From an uncultured Oscillospiraceae bacterium (GTDB taxonomy: Bacteria; Bacillota; Clostridia; Christensenellales; CAG-138): a stretch of DNA of 64,000 nucleotides. The stretch is taken from the NCBI GenBank assembly GCA_964447605.1, contig CAYUTA010000009.1, positions 1,314 through 65,313 on the forward strand, given 5' to 3'. Below, in pieces: positions 1 to 9,023 of the stretch (positions are counted from its first letter, which is position 1; each line of letters begins with the position of its first letter). The translations under genes were made by a program, and so were the position numbers. Below the pieces are notes generated by a model. The model saw nothing but the letters and a program-made list of their open reading frames with translations. It made no database searches and was not told the DNA's origin.

Positions 1-281
1 GCGATATCCTGCAGGGCGTCGAGCGCATTTTCGACCTGAATATACGATCCGTCGGTAAGCGGATGCTGCGAAACCACGCAGAGCGCGCCGTTTTTACGCG
101 CTGTTCCGATGAAAGCGTGCCCGTCGAAGCGCTCGCCGATGACCGGAACGTACAGCGCGCCGGGACGCGCTCTGCGGCTGTCTATGACAATATCGCAAAC
201 CGCGGTATTCAACAGCGCCGCATCGCCGTGAAACACGCCGCTGCAGGCGGAACAGATCTCGCTCAACGTATAAGGAATCAT
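1..281 (-). CDS. murF: UDP-N-acetylmuramoyl-tripeptide--D-alanyl-D-alanine ligase (MurF), first ~93 codons only; the gene runs off the left edge
   Basis: Own minus-strand translation from ATG 281-279: MIPYTLSEICSACSGVFHGDAALLNTAVCDIVIDSRRARPGALYVPVIGERFDGHAFI..., the typical MurF N-terminus. ATGA overlap with the ddl stop. Absent from the ORF track because it is truncated. Confidence 0.8.
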   Translation of the reverse strand, partial: MIPYTLSEICSACSGVFHGDAALLNTAVCDIVIDSRRARPGALYVPVIGERFDGHAFIGTARKNGALCVVSQHPLTDGSYIQVENALDALQDI

Positions 282-1321
282 CGGCGGCTATATCTTTCCA
301 GCGAAAGGGAAACGATACGCTCGCACAGTTCAGGGTATGCAAGCCCTGCGGCGGCGGCCTCCTGCGGAAGCAGGCTTGTAGGCGTCATGCCGGGCAGGGT
401 GTTGGCCTCCAGGCAATATGCCTCGCCGGATTCGCTCAACAGAAAATCAACGCGCGCATACACGTCCAGCTGCAGCGCATGAAACGCGCGCAGCGCAAGC
501 CGCTGGATACGCCGCGTCGTTTCCGCGTCAATGCGGGCGGGCGTAATCTCCTCCGTCCAGCCGGCCTGATATTTATGCTGATAATCATAGAAACTGTATT
601 TTGGAATGATCTCGATCAGCGGCAGCGCCTCATCCCCAAGGATGCCGGCGGAAAGCTCCTTGCCCGAAATAAATTCCTCCACGAGCACCACGTCCTCGTA
701 GCAAAACGCCTCGGAGAGCGCCGCATCAAGCTCCGCAGAATCATGCGCGATAGAAATGCCGATGCTCGACCCGCCGCAACAGGGTTTGACGACGCAGGGC
801 AGCGGCAGCCCGCTCCAATCAATCTCGTCTCCACGGCGGTACAGCGCGCCCTTTGGCGTACGTACGCCCGCCGCGTCGAGCAGTCCCTTGCTGACAAATT
901 TATCCATCGCCAGCGCGCAGCCAAAGGACGGACTGCCCGTGTAGCGCACGCCGCAAAGGTCAAACAGGGCCTGCAGCGTTCCATTTTCACCGCAATCCCC
1001 ATGCAGCGCAAGGTAAACCAGATCGGAAGCGCGGCAAAGCTCGATTACACCGGAGCCGATCGCTTCGGAAAAACCGGTTTTCCTGCGCGCGCGCACTGCG
1101 TCAAGATCCGGCGCCAGTTCCGGCACCGTGTATGCCGCAAGCTCTCCGGTTTCCGAAAAAATGTCGGTAATCGGCTCGGGCAGTGATGCAACCCCAAAAA
1201 ACAGATCGACCAGAATTGCGCGATGCCCCCTGCCGCAGAGCGCATTAACCACCTTCGCGCCCGTTGAAAGCGAAACGTCACGCTCTGGAGAAAGCCCGCC
1301 CGCCAATACTACGATATTCAT
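278..1321 (-). CDS. ddl: D-alanine--D-alanine ligase
   Basis: 347 aa. N-terminus MNIVVLAGGLSPERDVSLSTG and ATP-grasp body (LHGDCGENGTLQALFD, VVKPCCGGSSIGISI) are typical Ddl. Sits directly upstream of murF. Confidence 0.93.
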   Translation of the reverse strand: MNIVVLAGGLSPERDVSLSTGAKVVNALCGRGHRAILVDLFFGVASLPEPITDIFSETGELAAYTVPELAPDLDAVRARRKTGFSEAIGSGVIELCRASDLVYLALHGDCGENGTLQALFDLCGVRYTGSPSFGCALAMDKFVSKGLLDAAGVRTPKGALYRRGDEIDWSGLPLPCVVKPCCGGSSIGISIAHDSAELDAALSEAFCYEDVVLVEEFISGKELSAGILGDEALPLIEIIPKYSFYDYQHKYQAGWTEEITPARIDAETTRRIQRLALRAFHALQLDVYARVDFLLSESGEAYCLEANTLPGMTPTSLLPQEAAAAGLAYPELCERIVSLSLERYSRR

Positions 1322-1455
1322 GAATAATACCCGTACGCTGCCTTTCCTGATTCAAGACTTTATCTTAAAACTTATATCACGAATCGTGTATTATTACAAA
1401 TCTTTTTTTCAGATTTTCCATATAATTCCATCATGCGCTATAGTATACTGATAGT

Positions 1456-3348
1456 ATGAGAAATATTGCCAAACGCCTTCTTGAATATACGCTTACCGCC
1501 GCGCTGGCGCTTGCCGCGCTCGGCTGCACCCCGCGGCAAGCGCCGCTCACCGGTATCGCCACCCCGCAGGCCGCCGTTACGGGCGCCCCGGTATTGATTA
1601 CGCCTCAACCGCTTCCGGCTACGGCGCATACCGACGTTCGCTTTTCAGATATGCGCTATGAGCGGCCCGATACCGAGGCGATTGCGCACGCGCTGGATTC
1701 GCTGACGGAGGGAATCGGCCGCGGCGAACCGGCGGAGCGGTTGGTGGCCGACTATGCAAAAATCAAGGCGCGGTATGATGCGGCCGATTCGCAGACGTCG
1801 CTGGCATATCTGCTGTATGCATTCGATGTCACCGACATGCGCTATGAGCAGGAGTATGCGCTGCTGCAGTCCGCGCTGACCGCGCTCGATCTGGCCATGA
1901 CGGACGTGACCATCGCGCTGTGCGAATCCTCTGACAACGCCAGACAGCTGCTGGCGAACGCCTATGGCGAGGAATATCTGGATGCGGTCTATGCCGGCAA
2001 GTCGCTCAACAGCGATACGGTCCAGGCGCTCATGGACGCCGATCAGACGCTTGTGAGCGAATATGACCGCCTGATGGCCACGTTTGCGCTCAGCGACGGC
2101 GGCAGGGAGTGGACGATGGACGACATCCGTTCCGACGGCTCGCTCAGCACGCGCGAATTCTATCGTCTCTACGACGCGTACTGCGCCGCACTCAACACCA
2201 AAGCCGGGGCTATCTACGCGCGCCTGCTCGCCGTGCGCAGCGAGATCGCCGAAAAGCTAGGCTATGGCAGCTATGCCGCCTACCGATACGACTGCTATGA
2301 TCGGGATTACACCGTGACCGACGCAAAGACGCTGCATGCGGCGGTCAAGAAACATATTGTGCCGGTATTCGTATCCGCAAACGGCGCTCAGAGCGCCAAT
2401 TCGGAAGCGTTCGCCCCGCAGGAACCGGAGCCGACCGGACTGGCCGCAGAGTGGCGGGAATTTCTACGCATTCTGCTCAATGAGCAGCACGATCAGAAGG
2501 ACGACATCTTCGATCTGTATGAGCTGAGCCTGGCCGCGTATGATCTGGACGATTATCTTGGCGCGCTCTCCGCCGCCACGCTTGATTTTTCCCCAAGCCT
2601 GCACGAGGCGCTCAGCTTTATGCTGCGCAACAACCTTTATAATTTTTCCGTCAGCCCCAAAAAAATGGCCGGAAGCTTTACAACCTATATTTCCCAATAC
2701 AACGCGCCGTTCATCTTTACGCAATGGAACAACAACGCCATGAGCATCGACACCGTGCTGCATGAGCTGGGTCACTTTACCAACTATTACCACAATCCTT
2801 CCACAGGCTGGAGCCAGAGCGGCAGCCTCGACCTGGCCGAAGTGGATTCACAGGCGCTGCAGCTGCTTATGATGCCCTACTACCCGCAGCTTTATGGCCA
2901 GGAGCTTGCGTATGCGGCGGAATACTCGCTGCTGCTCGACTGCATGTACGCGCTGATAACAGGCTGCATGGAGGATGAATTCCAGCAATCGGTCTACGCC
3001 AAGCCCGGCATGCCGCTTGCCGACATGAACGCGCTGTATCTGCGTCTTGCCAAAGAATACGGGCTGGCCGACCTGTACGGGTACACGGGCACGGAATGGG
3101 CGCTTGTACCGCACACGTTTCAGTCGCCGATGTACTACATCAGCTACGCGGCAAGCATGGTGCCCGCGTTGGAGCTGTGGCGGCTGTCGCTGACGAACTC
3201 GGCGCAGGCGCGTACGGCATACCTTAAAATTCTTGATCGTGCATCCTATGCAAGCTTTCGTGATACGCTTACCCAAAACGGCCTTCCCGATGTGTTTGAC
3301 GAAACCACGATTGCAAACATTGCCACGCTGCTTGACGAACAGATCTGA
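1456..3348 (+). CDS. M3-family oligoendopeptidase-like zinc metallopeptidase, predicted lipoprotein
   Basis: 630 aa. Signal peptide with lipobox (LALAALGC), HExxH zinc site (VLHELGHFTNYY) and overall PepF-like length. Confidence 0.75.
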   Translation: MRNIAKRLLEYTLTAALALAALGCTPRQAPLTGIATPQAAVTGAPVLITPQPLPATAHTDVRFSDMRYERPDTEAIAHALDSLTEGIGRGEPAERLVADYAKIKARYDAADSQTSLAYLLYAFDVTDMRYEQEYALLQSALTALDLAMTDVTIALCESSDNARQLLANAYGEEYLDAVYAGKSLNSDTVQALMDADQTLVSEYDRLMATFALSDGGREWTMDDIRSDGSLSTREFYRLYDAYCAALNTKAGAIYARLLAVRSEIAEKLGYGSYAAYRYDCYDRDYTVTDAKTLHAAVKKHIVPVFVSANGAQSANSEAFAPQEPEPTGLAAEWREFLRILLNEQHDQKDDIFDLYELSLAAYDLDDYLGALSAATLDFSPSLHEALSFMLRNNLYNFSVSPKKMAGSFTTYISQYNAPFIFTQWNNNAMSIDTVLHELGHFTNYYHNPSTGWSQSGSLDLAEVDSQALQLLMMPYYPQLYGQELAYAAEYSLLLDCMYALITGCMEDEFQQSVYAKPGMPLADMNALYLRLAKEYGLADLYGYTGTEWALVPHTFQSPMYYISYAASMVPALELWRLSLTNSAQARTAYLKILDRASYASFRDTLTQNGLPDVFDETTIANIATLLDEQI

Positions 3349-3395
3349 ACGCCCAAACGGCGGTATATCGGTCTTAAAAGCAAGAAGGAGACGCT

Positions 3396-4472
3396 ATGGA
3401 AAGCTATCATCCGCATGATGAAAATCCGGGGACCGGCGGCCGCTGCATCCCGCTGCCGGAGGGGACAAGCCTGCGGCGGCGGTATACGGTGCGCCGGGTC
3501 ACAGGCTATGACGATTGCAGCATCATCTACGACGGATTTGATTTTAAGGCGCGCCAGCCGGTGTCCGTCCTCGAGTTTTTCCCGCAGCGGCTTGCCATGC
3601 GCGCGCTGTCGCCCGGCACTGTGTCGCCGCTTAACCGCGACGCAGGCGCGCTGTTTTTCCTTGGCTCCGAGGCGTTTTTAACCCAGTACAGCGCATTGAC
3701 GCAGGCCATTGGCAGCCCGAACATCATCTCCGTTTTCGATGCGTTCTTTGAAAACGGAACCGCCTACGCCGTCACCGAACAGGCCGAGGGCCTTACGCTG
3801 TCTCAATACCTGCGTATGCGGGAGCGCACCCTGACACAGGGCGAGCTTGCGTACATTGCCAACGCGCTTTCCGATGCGCTGCTCGTCGTCCATTCGCTCA
3901 ACATGCTCCACCATGATATTACCGCCGAACATATTCTGCTCTGCACGGACGGTACGGTCAAGCTCATCGGCTTCTGCGCCGCGCATGAAACGGTGCGCCG
4001 GGGGCGCGACGTTGTTATGCGCGAGCCGTTTGAAGATATCCGCACGCTTGGCAAAACGCTCTGTCAGGCGTTTACCGGCATGGTCGTTTCCAGCGGTTCG
4101 CCGCTGCGCCGCGCCGATGTTTCCGGCGCGCTGCGCCCGATGTTCGAGCGAATGCTGTCCGACAACGCCGCGCTGCGCTTTTCATCGGTTTTTGATCTGC
4201 GCTATGCCGTGGGCAGCCTGGACGTTATGCCTGAACGGCCGAACGTTACCGCCGCACAGATCGAGGACTTCCGCTCGGCGCAGCGCATTGCCGTCGCACA
4301 GGCGGAGCAGCGCCGCCGGCAGGCTATGCAACCGGAGGCCGTTAAAACGTCCGTCAGGCAACCGCAGCCGCCCGGCCGTTCAAAAACACGTCTTCTGGCA
4401 TTTGGCACCGGCGCGCTGCTGATCGCTCTGATCACAGTCCTGATCGTCTTTTTGATTACAAAGTCGGCCTGA
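3396..4472 (+). CDS. Membrane-anchored Ser/Thr-kinase-like protein with degenerate catalytic motifs (pseudokinase)
   Basis: 358 aa. GGAG RBS. Hanks-kinase-like layout (RYTVRRV..., HSLNMLHHDITAEHILL, VKLIGFCAA) but VAIK Lys->Leu, HRDLKxxN -> HHDITAEH and DFG -> GFC. Single C-terminal TM (LLAFGTGALLIALITVLIVFLI). Confidence 0.6.
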   Translation: MESYHPHDENPGTGGRCIPLPEGTSLRRRYTVRRVTGYDDCSIIYDGFDFKARQPVSVLEFFPQRLAMRALSPGTVSPLNRDAGALFFLGSEAFLTQYSALTQAIGSPNIISVFDAFFENGTAYAVTEQAEGLTLSQYLRMRERTLTQGELAYIANALSDALLVVHSLNMLHHDITAEHILLCTDGTVKLIGFCAAHETVRRGRDVVMREPFEDIRTLGKTLCQAFTGMVVSSGSPLRRADVSGALRPMFERMLSDNAALRFSSVFDLRYAVGSLDVMPERPNVTAAQIEDFRSAQRIAVAQAEQRRRQAMQPEAVKTSVRQPQPPGRSKTRLLAFGTGALLIALITVLIVFLITKSA

Positions 4473-4549
4473 GCGGCTGGACAAATCACGGCCAAGGCGC
4501 CCGGCGGATACCGCGCCGGATTTTGATTGGAACGGGCCTGCGTATATCG

Positions 4550-4795
4550 TCAATCCCCCGCATAACCGTCCGCAGGATATGCCGCATCGTCCTCTGCCGG
4601 CGTGTCTCCAAAGGCACGGTCATAGCGTGCGCGCGCCGCGGCAAGCGCATGCAACGCCTCCCTTGTAAGCGGCGTTTGTTCCGTTCCAAGGCAGGCGGCG
4701 CAGGTTTGAAAGCAGTTTGGGCAAATGCAGCGCGAAAACAGCCCCTTTTCATCCTGCACCATGTATTCGCCGCATTTTTGACAGGTACAGCGCAT
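4550..4795 (-). CDS. Small Cys-rich (zinc-ribbon-like) protein, unknown function
   Basis: Track ORF 4550-4882 trimmed to the internal Met (MRCTCQKCGEYMVQDEKGLFSRCICPNCFQTCAAC...), which is preceded by AAGGAGG at the proper spacing. Contains CxC/CxxC pairs. Confidence 0.5.
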   Translation of the reverse strand: MRCTCQKCGEYMVQDEKGLFSRCICPNCFQTCAACLGTEQTPLTREALHALAAARARYDRAFGDTPAEDDAAYPADGYAGD

Positions 4796-5000
4796 CAAAA
4801 CCTCCTTGCGCATACCGGATAAAGCCAAACCATGGTTTGGGCGCGTAAACTGCGCCGGAGCCGAGTTGTCCTCAGTCGGCATACCGACCGGTACGCCTTC
4901 TTCGCCCGTCTTGCTCCACCGTTATGACGGGGGCCCTATCCGGCGCGCCCGTTTACAGATTGGAAATGCCCCGCATCCACGATTCCGGCATCATTGACGG

Positions 5001-5033
5001 CAATAAAATCAGGCCACGGTGAAGCGGCCTGAT
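5001..5033 (-). terminator. Rho-independent terminator after the efp / CD1247-like transcription unit
   Basis: Minus strand reads ATCAGGCC-gcttcaccgt-GGCCTGAT followed by TTTTATT, 25 nt after the stop at 5058. Confidence 0.6.
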
Positions 5034-5057
5034 GGAAAACAGCGGTCGGAGTTGCTT

Positions 5058-5459
5058 TTATTCCTCTTCGCAGCCGCAGTCACAACCGCACGACGAAATC
5101 TCAAGCTCGATGGATTCGTTGCAATTTGGGCAGATCATGCCGCCCTCGCCGTCGAGCATATCCTCGTCAAAATAGATCGTCTCGCCGCAGCCGGGGCATT
5201 CAAGTTCCACAAAATCGTCGTCGTCAAAGAGGTCGTCCTCATCATCCAGGCATTCCTCAATGCTGTCGATCTCGTCATACACCTCGTCGATGCAGTCGGA
5301 GAGGTCGTCGAGCGTTTCGGACTGTTCCTCAAGTTCCTCGGCAATCGCGCCAAGCGCGTCAATGATGCCCTTAAGCAGCTTGCCGTTGGGGTCCTTTTCA
5401 ATCTCCATGCCGTCGGCAAGGCCGTCAAGGTACGCAACTTTTTCGGAAATATAACTCAT
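5058..5459 (-). CDS. Acidic zinc-ribbon protein (CD1247 N-terminal-domain-like)
   Basis: 133 aa. AAAGGAG RBS. Highly acidic helical N-terminal half, then CPGCGE...CPNCNE zinc ribbon and a C-terminal CGCDCGC cluster. In my recollection this family commonly sits next to efp in Clostridia. Confidence 0.6.
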   Translation of the reverse strand: MSYISEKVAYLDGLADGMEIEKDPNGKLLKGIIDALGAIAEELEEQSETLDDLSDCIDEVYDEIDSIEECLDDEDDLFDDDDFVELECPGCGETIYFDEDMLDGEGGMICPNCNESIELEISSCGCDCGCEEE

Positions 5460-5541
5460 GGGTATACTCCTTTCGTAATCACAAGTGTACTGCTATCAGT
5501 ATGTGTTTGGAAGCGCGGGAATATGCCGCGGCGGATTGCGT

Positions 5542-6099
5542 TTACGCGCGCTCCATGTACTCGCCCGTGCGCGTATCCACACGGATGCGGTCGCCCTCGT
5601 TGACGAACAGCGGCACGTTGATCTTATAGCCGGTTTCAAGCGTTGCCGGTTTGGTCGTGCCGGTAGCCGTGTCGCCCTTAAAGCCCGGCTCCGTCTCGGT
5701 AACCGTCAGTTCGACAAAGTTCGGCGCTTCCACGGAGAACGGCGCTTCCTTAAAGAACCGGACCTTTACGTTTTCGTTTTCTACAATATAATTGATTGCA
5801 TCCTCAACCTGATCGTGGTTGAGCGGCAGTTGCTCGTAGGTTTCCACGTCCATAAAGTAATACAGTTCGCCGTCGCTGTAAAGGTACTGCATCTCCTTGG
5901 TCTCTATGTGCGCCCTGGGGTACTTGTCCGTGGGCGAGAAGGTGCGCTCAAGCACCGCGCCCGTCATCACGTTTTTAAGCCGCGTACGCACAAACGCCGC
6001 GCCCTTGCCCGGCTTCACGTGCTGAAAGTCCGCGATCGTCCAGACCTGACCATCAATCTCTACCGTAACGCCCTTGCGAAAATCGCCTGCCATAATCAT
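5542..6099 (-). CDS. efp: Elongation factor P
   Basis: 185 aa. [47 protein letters not shown] is canonical EF-P. GGAGG RBS. Confidence 0.95.
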   Translation of the reverse strand: MIMAGDFRKGVTVEIDGQVWTIADFQHVKPGKGAAFVRTRLKNVMTGAVLERTFSPTDKYPRAHIETKEMQYLYSDGELYYFMDVETYEQLPLNHDQVEDAINYIVENENVKVRFFKEAPFSVEAPNFVELTVTETEPGFKGDTATGTTKPATLETGYKINVPLFVNEGDRIRVDTRTGEYMERA

Positions 6100-6143
6100 A
6101 GTGGTTTTCCTCCATCTTCCGTTTCACTGACATGTATGTTGCA

Positions 6144-7214
6144 TCAAATAAACAGCAAGTCCTTTGCTGACGATACCAAGTTGATACAGCCGCTTTCAGT
6201 TACAACGACGCAGTCTTCGATGCGCACGCCGCCTCTGCCCTCCAGATAAATTCCTGGCTCGACCGTAACCGTCATGCCTGCCTCAAGCACATCCGCGCTC
6301 TCCCGGCCCGCGCGTGGCGGCTCATGGATCTCCAGCCCGAACCCGTGGCCGAGGCCATGGCCAAAACAGTCGCCATAGCCCTGCGCGGCGATATAATCGC
6401 GCGCCACCGCATCGAGCCAGCCGCCCGTGATGCCGGCATGCAGCGCGTCCAGGCACCTGTTTTGCGCTTCCAGCGTGATATCGTAGATTTTAACCAGTTC
6501 GTCGTCAATGCGGCCGACCCCGAACGTGCGCGTCATGTCCGAATGGTATCCGTCCACCACGCAGCCAAAATCAACAACGACCAGATCGCCTTTTTGCAGC
6601 CGCCGCTCGCCCGGTATGGCGTGGCACATTGCCCCGTTTGGCCCGGAGCCAACAATTGGGTCAAACGACGGGGCCTCGCTGCCAAGCGACGCGCAGATAT
6701 AATTGAGCCTGGCCGCCACCTCGCGCTCGGTCATGCCCGGCTTTGTCTCCTCCAGCAGTCGCGCATATGCTTTGTCGGCAAGGGCCTGCGCCTTTTGCAG
6801 GCTTGCGACCTCCTCCGGCGACTTCATCCTGCGCGGCCCGTTGACCTGACTGCCAAACGCCGTCCAGGCGACGGGAAATGCCGAAAGTTCGTCAAAAGCG
6901 CCCACCGTGAGAGCCTGCTCCTCATATCCACACCGTTTGCAGCCGGAAAGCGCAAGCTGCTCGCGCAGCGCCTCAAGTTGTTTTTCGTGCTGATTGACCT
7001 CAAGGACCCCGGCGCAGCCCCGCACCTGCTCGCGCGCCTGGATCGCATAACGGAAATCCGTGATGAGACGGCAATCGTCCGGCGTGAGCAGCACAAAGCA
7101 CTCGTCGCTGGTGAAGCCCGTATAATAGCAGATGCCGACGCCGCCCGTCAAAAGCACGCCGTCAAGCCCCGCCTCGCGCATTGCATTGCGCAGTTTTTTC
7201 TGCCGATCTTCCAT
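6144..7214 (-). CDS. M24-family Xaa-Pro aminopeptidase
   Basis: 356 aa. Creatinase-like N-domain plus pita-bread metal ligands (VVVDFGCVVDGYHSDMTRT, GHGLGHGFGLEIHE, TVEPGIY, IEDCVVV). Classic partner upstream of efp. Confidence 0.9.
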   Translation of the reverse strand: MEDRQKKLRNAMREAGLDGVLLTGGVGICYYTGFTSDECFVLLTPDDCRLITDFRYAIQAREQVRGCAGVLEVNQHEKQLEALREQLALSGCKRCGYEEQALTVGAFDELSAFPVAWTAFGSQVNGPRRMKSPEEVASLQKAQALADKAYARLLEETKPGMTEREVAARLNYICASLGSEAPSFDPIVGSGPNGAMCHAIPGERRLQKGDLVVVDFGCVVDGYHSDMTRTFGVGRIDDELVKIYDITLEAQNRCLDALHAGITGGWLDAVARDYIAAQGYGDCFGHGLGHGFGLEIHEPPRAGRESADVLEAGMTVTVEPGIYLEGRGGVRIEDCVVVTESGCINLVSSAKDLLFI

Positions 7215-7256
7215 ATCTTTCTGTATCCTACCATAAACAGCCGGGTCTTAACAAGC

Positions 7257-8741
7257 CTATTTATGATATAGCTTGTCGGTTTGATACCCCGGCTCGCAGG
7301 TAATGTTTACGCCAAGCTTCCGATAGGTATCCATATCCACCCGCGAAAGGATTACGCTCGAATGCGCCTCGCAGTCCTTTAGCCGGGGCAACTGCCGCAA
7401 TGCAAGCTGCGCGGTCGGATTGGTCGCCGCGCAGATGGACAGCGCTATGAGCACCTCGTCGCTGTGCAGCCGCGGATTGGCGCTGCCAAGATGATCCAGC
7501 TTGAGATGCGCGATTGGTGCAATGATGATCGGTGAGATCAGATCGATTTCATGATGGATGCCCGCAAGCGTTTTGAGCGCGTTGAGCAATGCGCCCGCCG
7601 CCGCGCCGAGCAGGCCGGACGTTTTGCCCGTCACCATGCGCCCGTCGTCCAGCTCGAGCGCCATCGCAGGATCTCCTGTCTGTGCGGCGCGCTTGAGCGA
7701 TGCGGCAACCACCGGACGATCCTCCACGCTCACGCCCGCGCGGTTCATAATCAATTCGGCTTTGATAACCTGCTCTTGCGAGAGCACGCCGCGTTTACAG
7801 CTGCAAAGCGCCTGATAGTAGCGGCGGATGATCTCCTGCTTTGCCGCCTCGCAGACCGCCTTGTCATCGATGATGCAGTCGCCCACCATATTTACGCCCA
7901 TGTCCGTGGGCGAGCTGTATGGAGACCCGCCCAGGATACGCTCGAACATGGCGCTGAGCACGGGAAACGATTCCACATCACGGTTATAGTTGACGGTTGT
8001 TTTGCCGTATGCCTCCAGATGGAACGGGTCGATCATGTTCACATCGTCCAGGTCGGTGGTTGCGGCCTCATAGGCCAGGTTGACCGGGTGGCGCAGAGGC
8101 AGGTTCCAGATGGGGAACGTTTCAAACTTGGCATAGCCCGCGCGCGCGCCGCGGCGGTATTCATGATAGAGCTGCGAGAGGCAGACCGCAAGCTTCCCGC
8201 TGCCCGGCCCGGGCGCGGTAACCACGACAAGCTTCCGCTTGGTCTTGATATAATCGTTTCTTCCAAAACCTTCGTCGCTGACGATCAGCGGGACGTTGGC
8301 CGGATAGCCCGCAATCGGGTAATGCCGGTAAACCGCGATGCCCAGCCGCCCGAGCCGCTCTGCAAACGCGTCCGCCGCGGGCTGCCCGCAATACCGCGTG
8401 ATCACCACGCTGCCAACGTACAGTTCCTTGCCGCGAAACGCGTCGATCAGCCGCAGCACCTCGGCGTCATAGGCGATGTCAAGATCATTGCGCACCTTGC
8501 TGCGTTCAATGTCGCCCGCGTGGATGGCAAGCACAATCTCCGCATCGTCCTTCATCCGGCAAAGCATATTGACCTTGGTATCCGGCAAAAAGCCCGGCAG
8601 CACGCGAGCGGCGTGGTAATCGTCAAACAGCTTGCCGCCAAACTCAAGGTAAAGCTTGTCGCCGAACTGCGCGATACGGTCAAGGATGTTTTTGGATTGC
8701 AGCCGAACGTATTGTTCGTTGTCAAAGCCGATTTTCTTCAT
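7257..8741 (-). CDS. DUF1846 (UPF0371) family protein
   Basis: Track ORF 7257-8975 trimmed to [23 protein letters not shown]...[22 protein letters not shown], the family N-terminus. About 495 aa, as expected for the family. Confidence 0.85.
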   Translation of the reverse strand: MKKIGFDNEQYVRLQSKNILDRIAQFGDKLYLEFGGKLFDDYHAARVLPGFLPDTKVNMLCRMKDDAEIVLAIHAGDIERSKVRNDLDIAYDAEVLRLIDAFRGKELYVGSVVITRYCGQPAADAFAERLGRLGIAVYRHYPIAGYPANVPLIVSDEGFGRNDYIKTKRKLVVVTAPGPGSGKLAVCLSQLYHEYRRGARAGYAKFETFPIWNLPLRHPVNLAYEAATTDLDDVNMIDPFHLEAYGKTTVNYNRDVESFPVLSAMFERILGGSPYSSPTDMGVNMVGDCIIDDKAVCEAAKQEIIRRYYQALCSCKRGVLSQEQVIKAELIMNRAGVSVEDRPVVAASLKRAAQTGDPAMALELDDGRMVTGKTSGLLGAAAGALLNALKTLAGIHHEIDLISPIIIAPIAHLKLDHLGSANPRLHSDEVLIALSICAATNPTAQLALRQLPRLKDCEAHSSVILSRVDMDTYRKLGVNITCEPGYQTDKLYHK

Positions 8742-8748
8742 GGATTTG

Positions 8749-8778
8749 ATTATAACACCCGGCCATAAGCATCCGCAA
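8749..8778 (-). promoter_or_regulatory. Putative sigma-A promoter placing the transcription start at or next to the DUF1846 ATG (leaderless candidate)
   Basis: Minus strand: TTGCGG (8778-8773), 18 nt, TGT-TATAAT (8757-8749), 7 nt (caaatcc), ATG 8741. No purine-rich SD. Confidence 0.45.
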
Positions 8779-9023
8779 GCTCGACCGGACAGGTTTGGCA
8801 AAAATTTGCATGCCGGCAGCTGCACGGAGCGCGCGCGCATTTTTATTGGCGCTGAACTGTTTCCGGCGCGCAGGGCTTCTATTCGGGAACCCATCCCTTG
8901 TCTGGCTGCATGTCGCCCGTTTGTAAGGCCATGATTCAAGCCCTGAGTTTGGAACCCGGATGAACGGCGGTCCATTCATCCGGCACGAAACGTTTTCGGT
9001 GGGTTCTGATTACATTATTCAGG

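Noticed and set aside
8742-8975. N-terminal extensions in the ORF track (also 16163-16351, 39252-39383, 22561-22671, 29842-30366, 60793-61152, 17717-18046, 44181-44351, 49362-49448).
   Set aside because: The family-typical N-termini begin at internal Met/TTG codons that have proper RBSs or -10 boxes. The extensions are compositionally odd and in two cases run through the 135-nt repeat.
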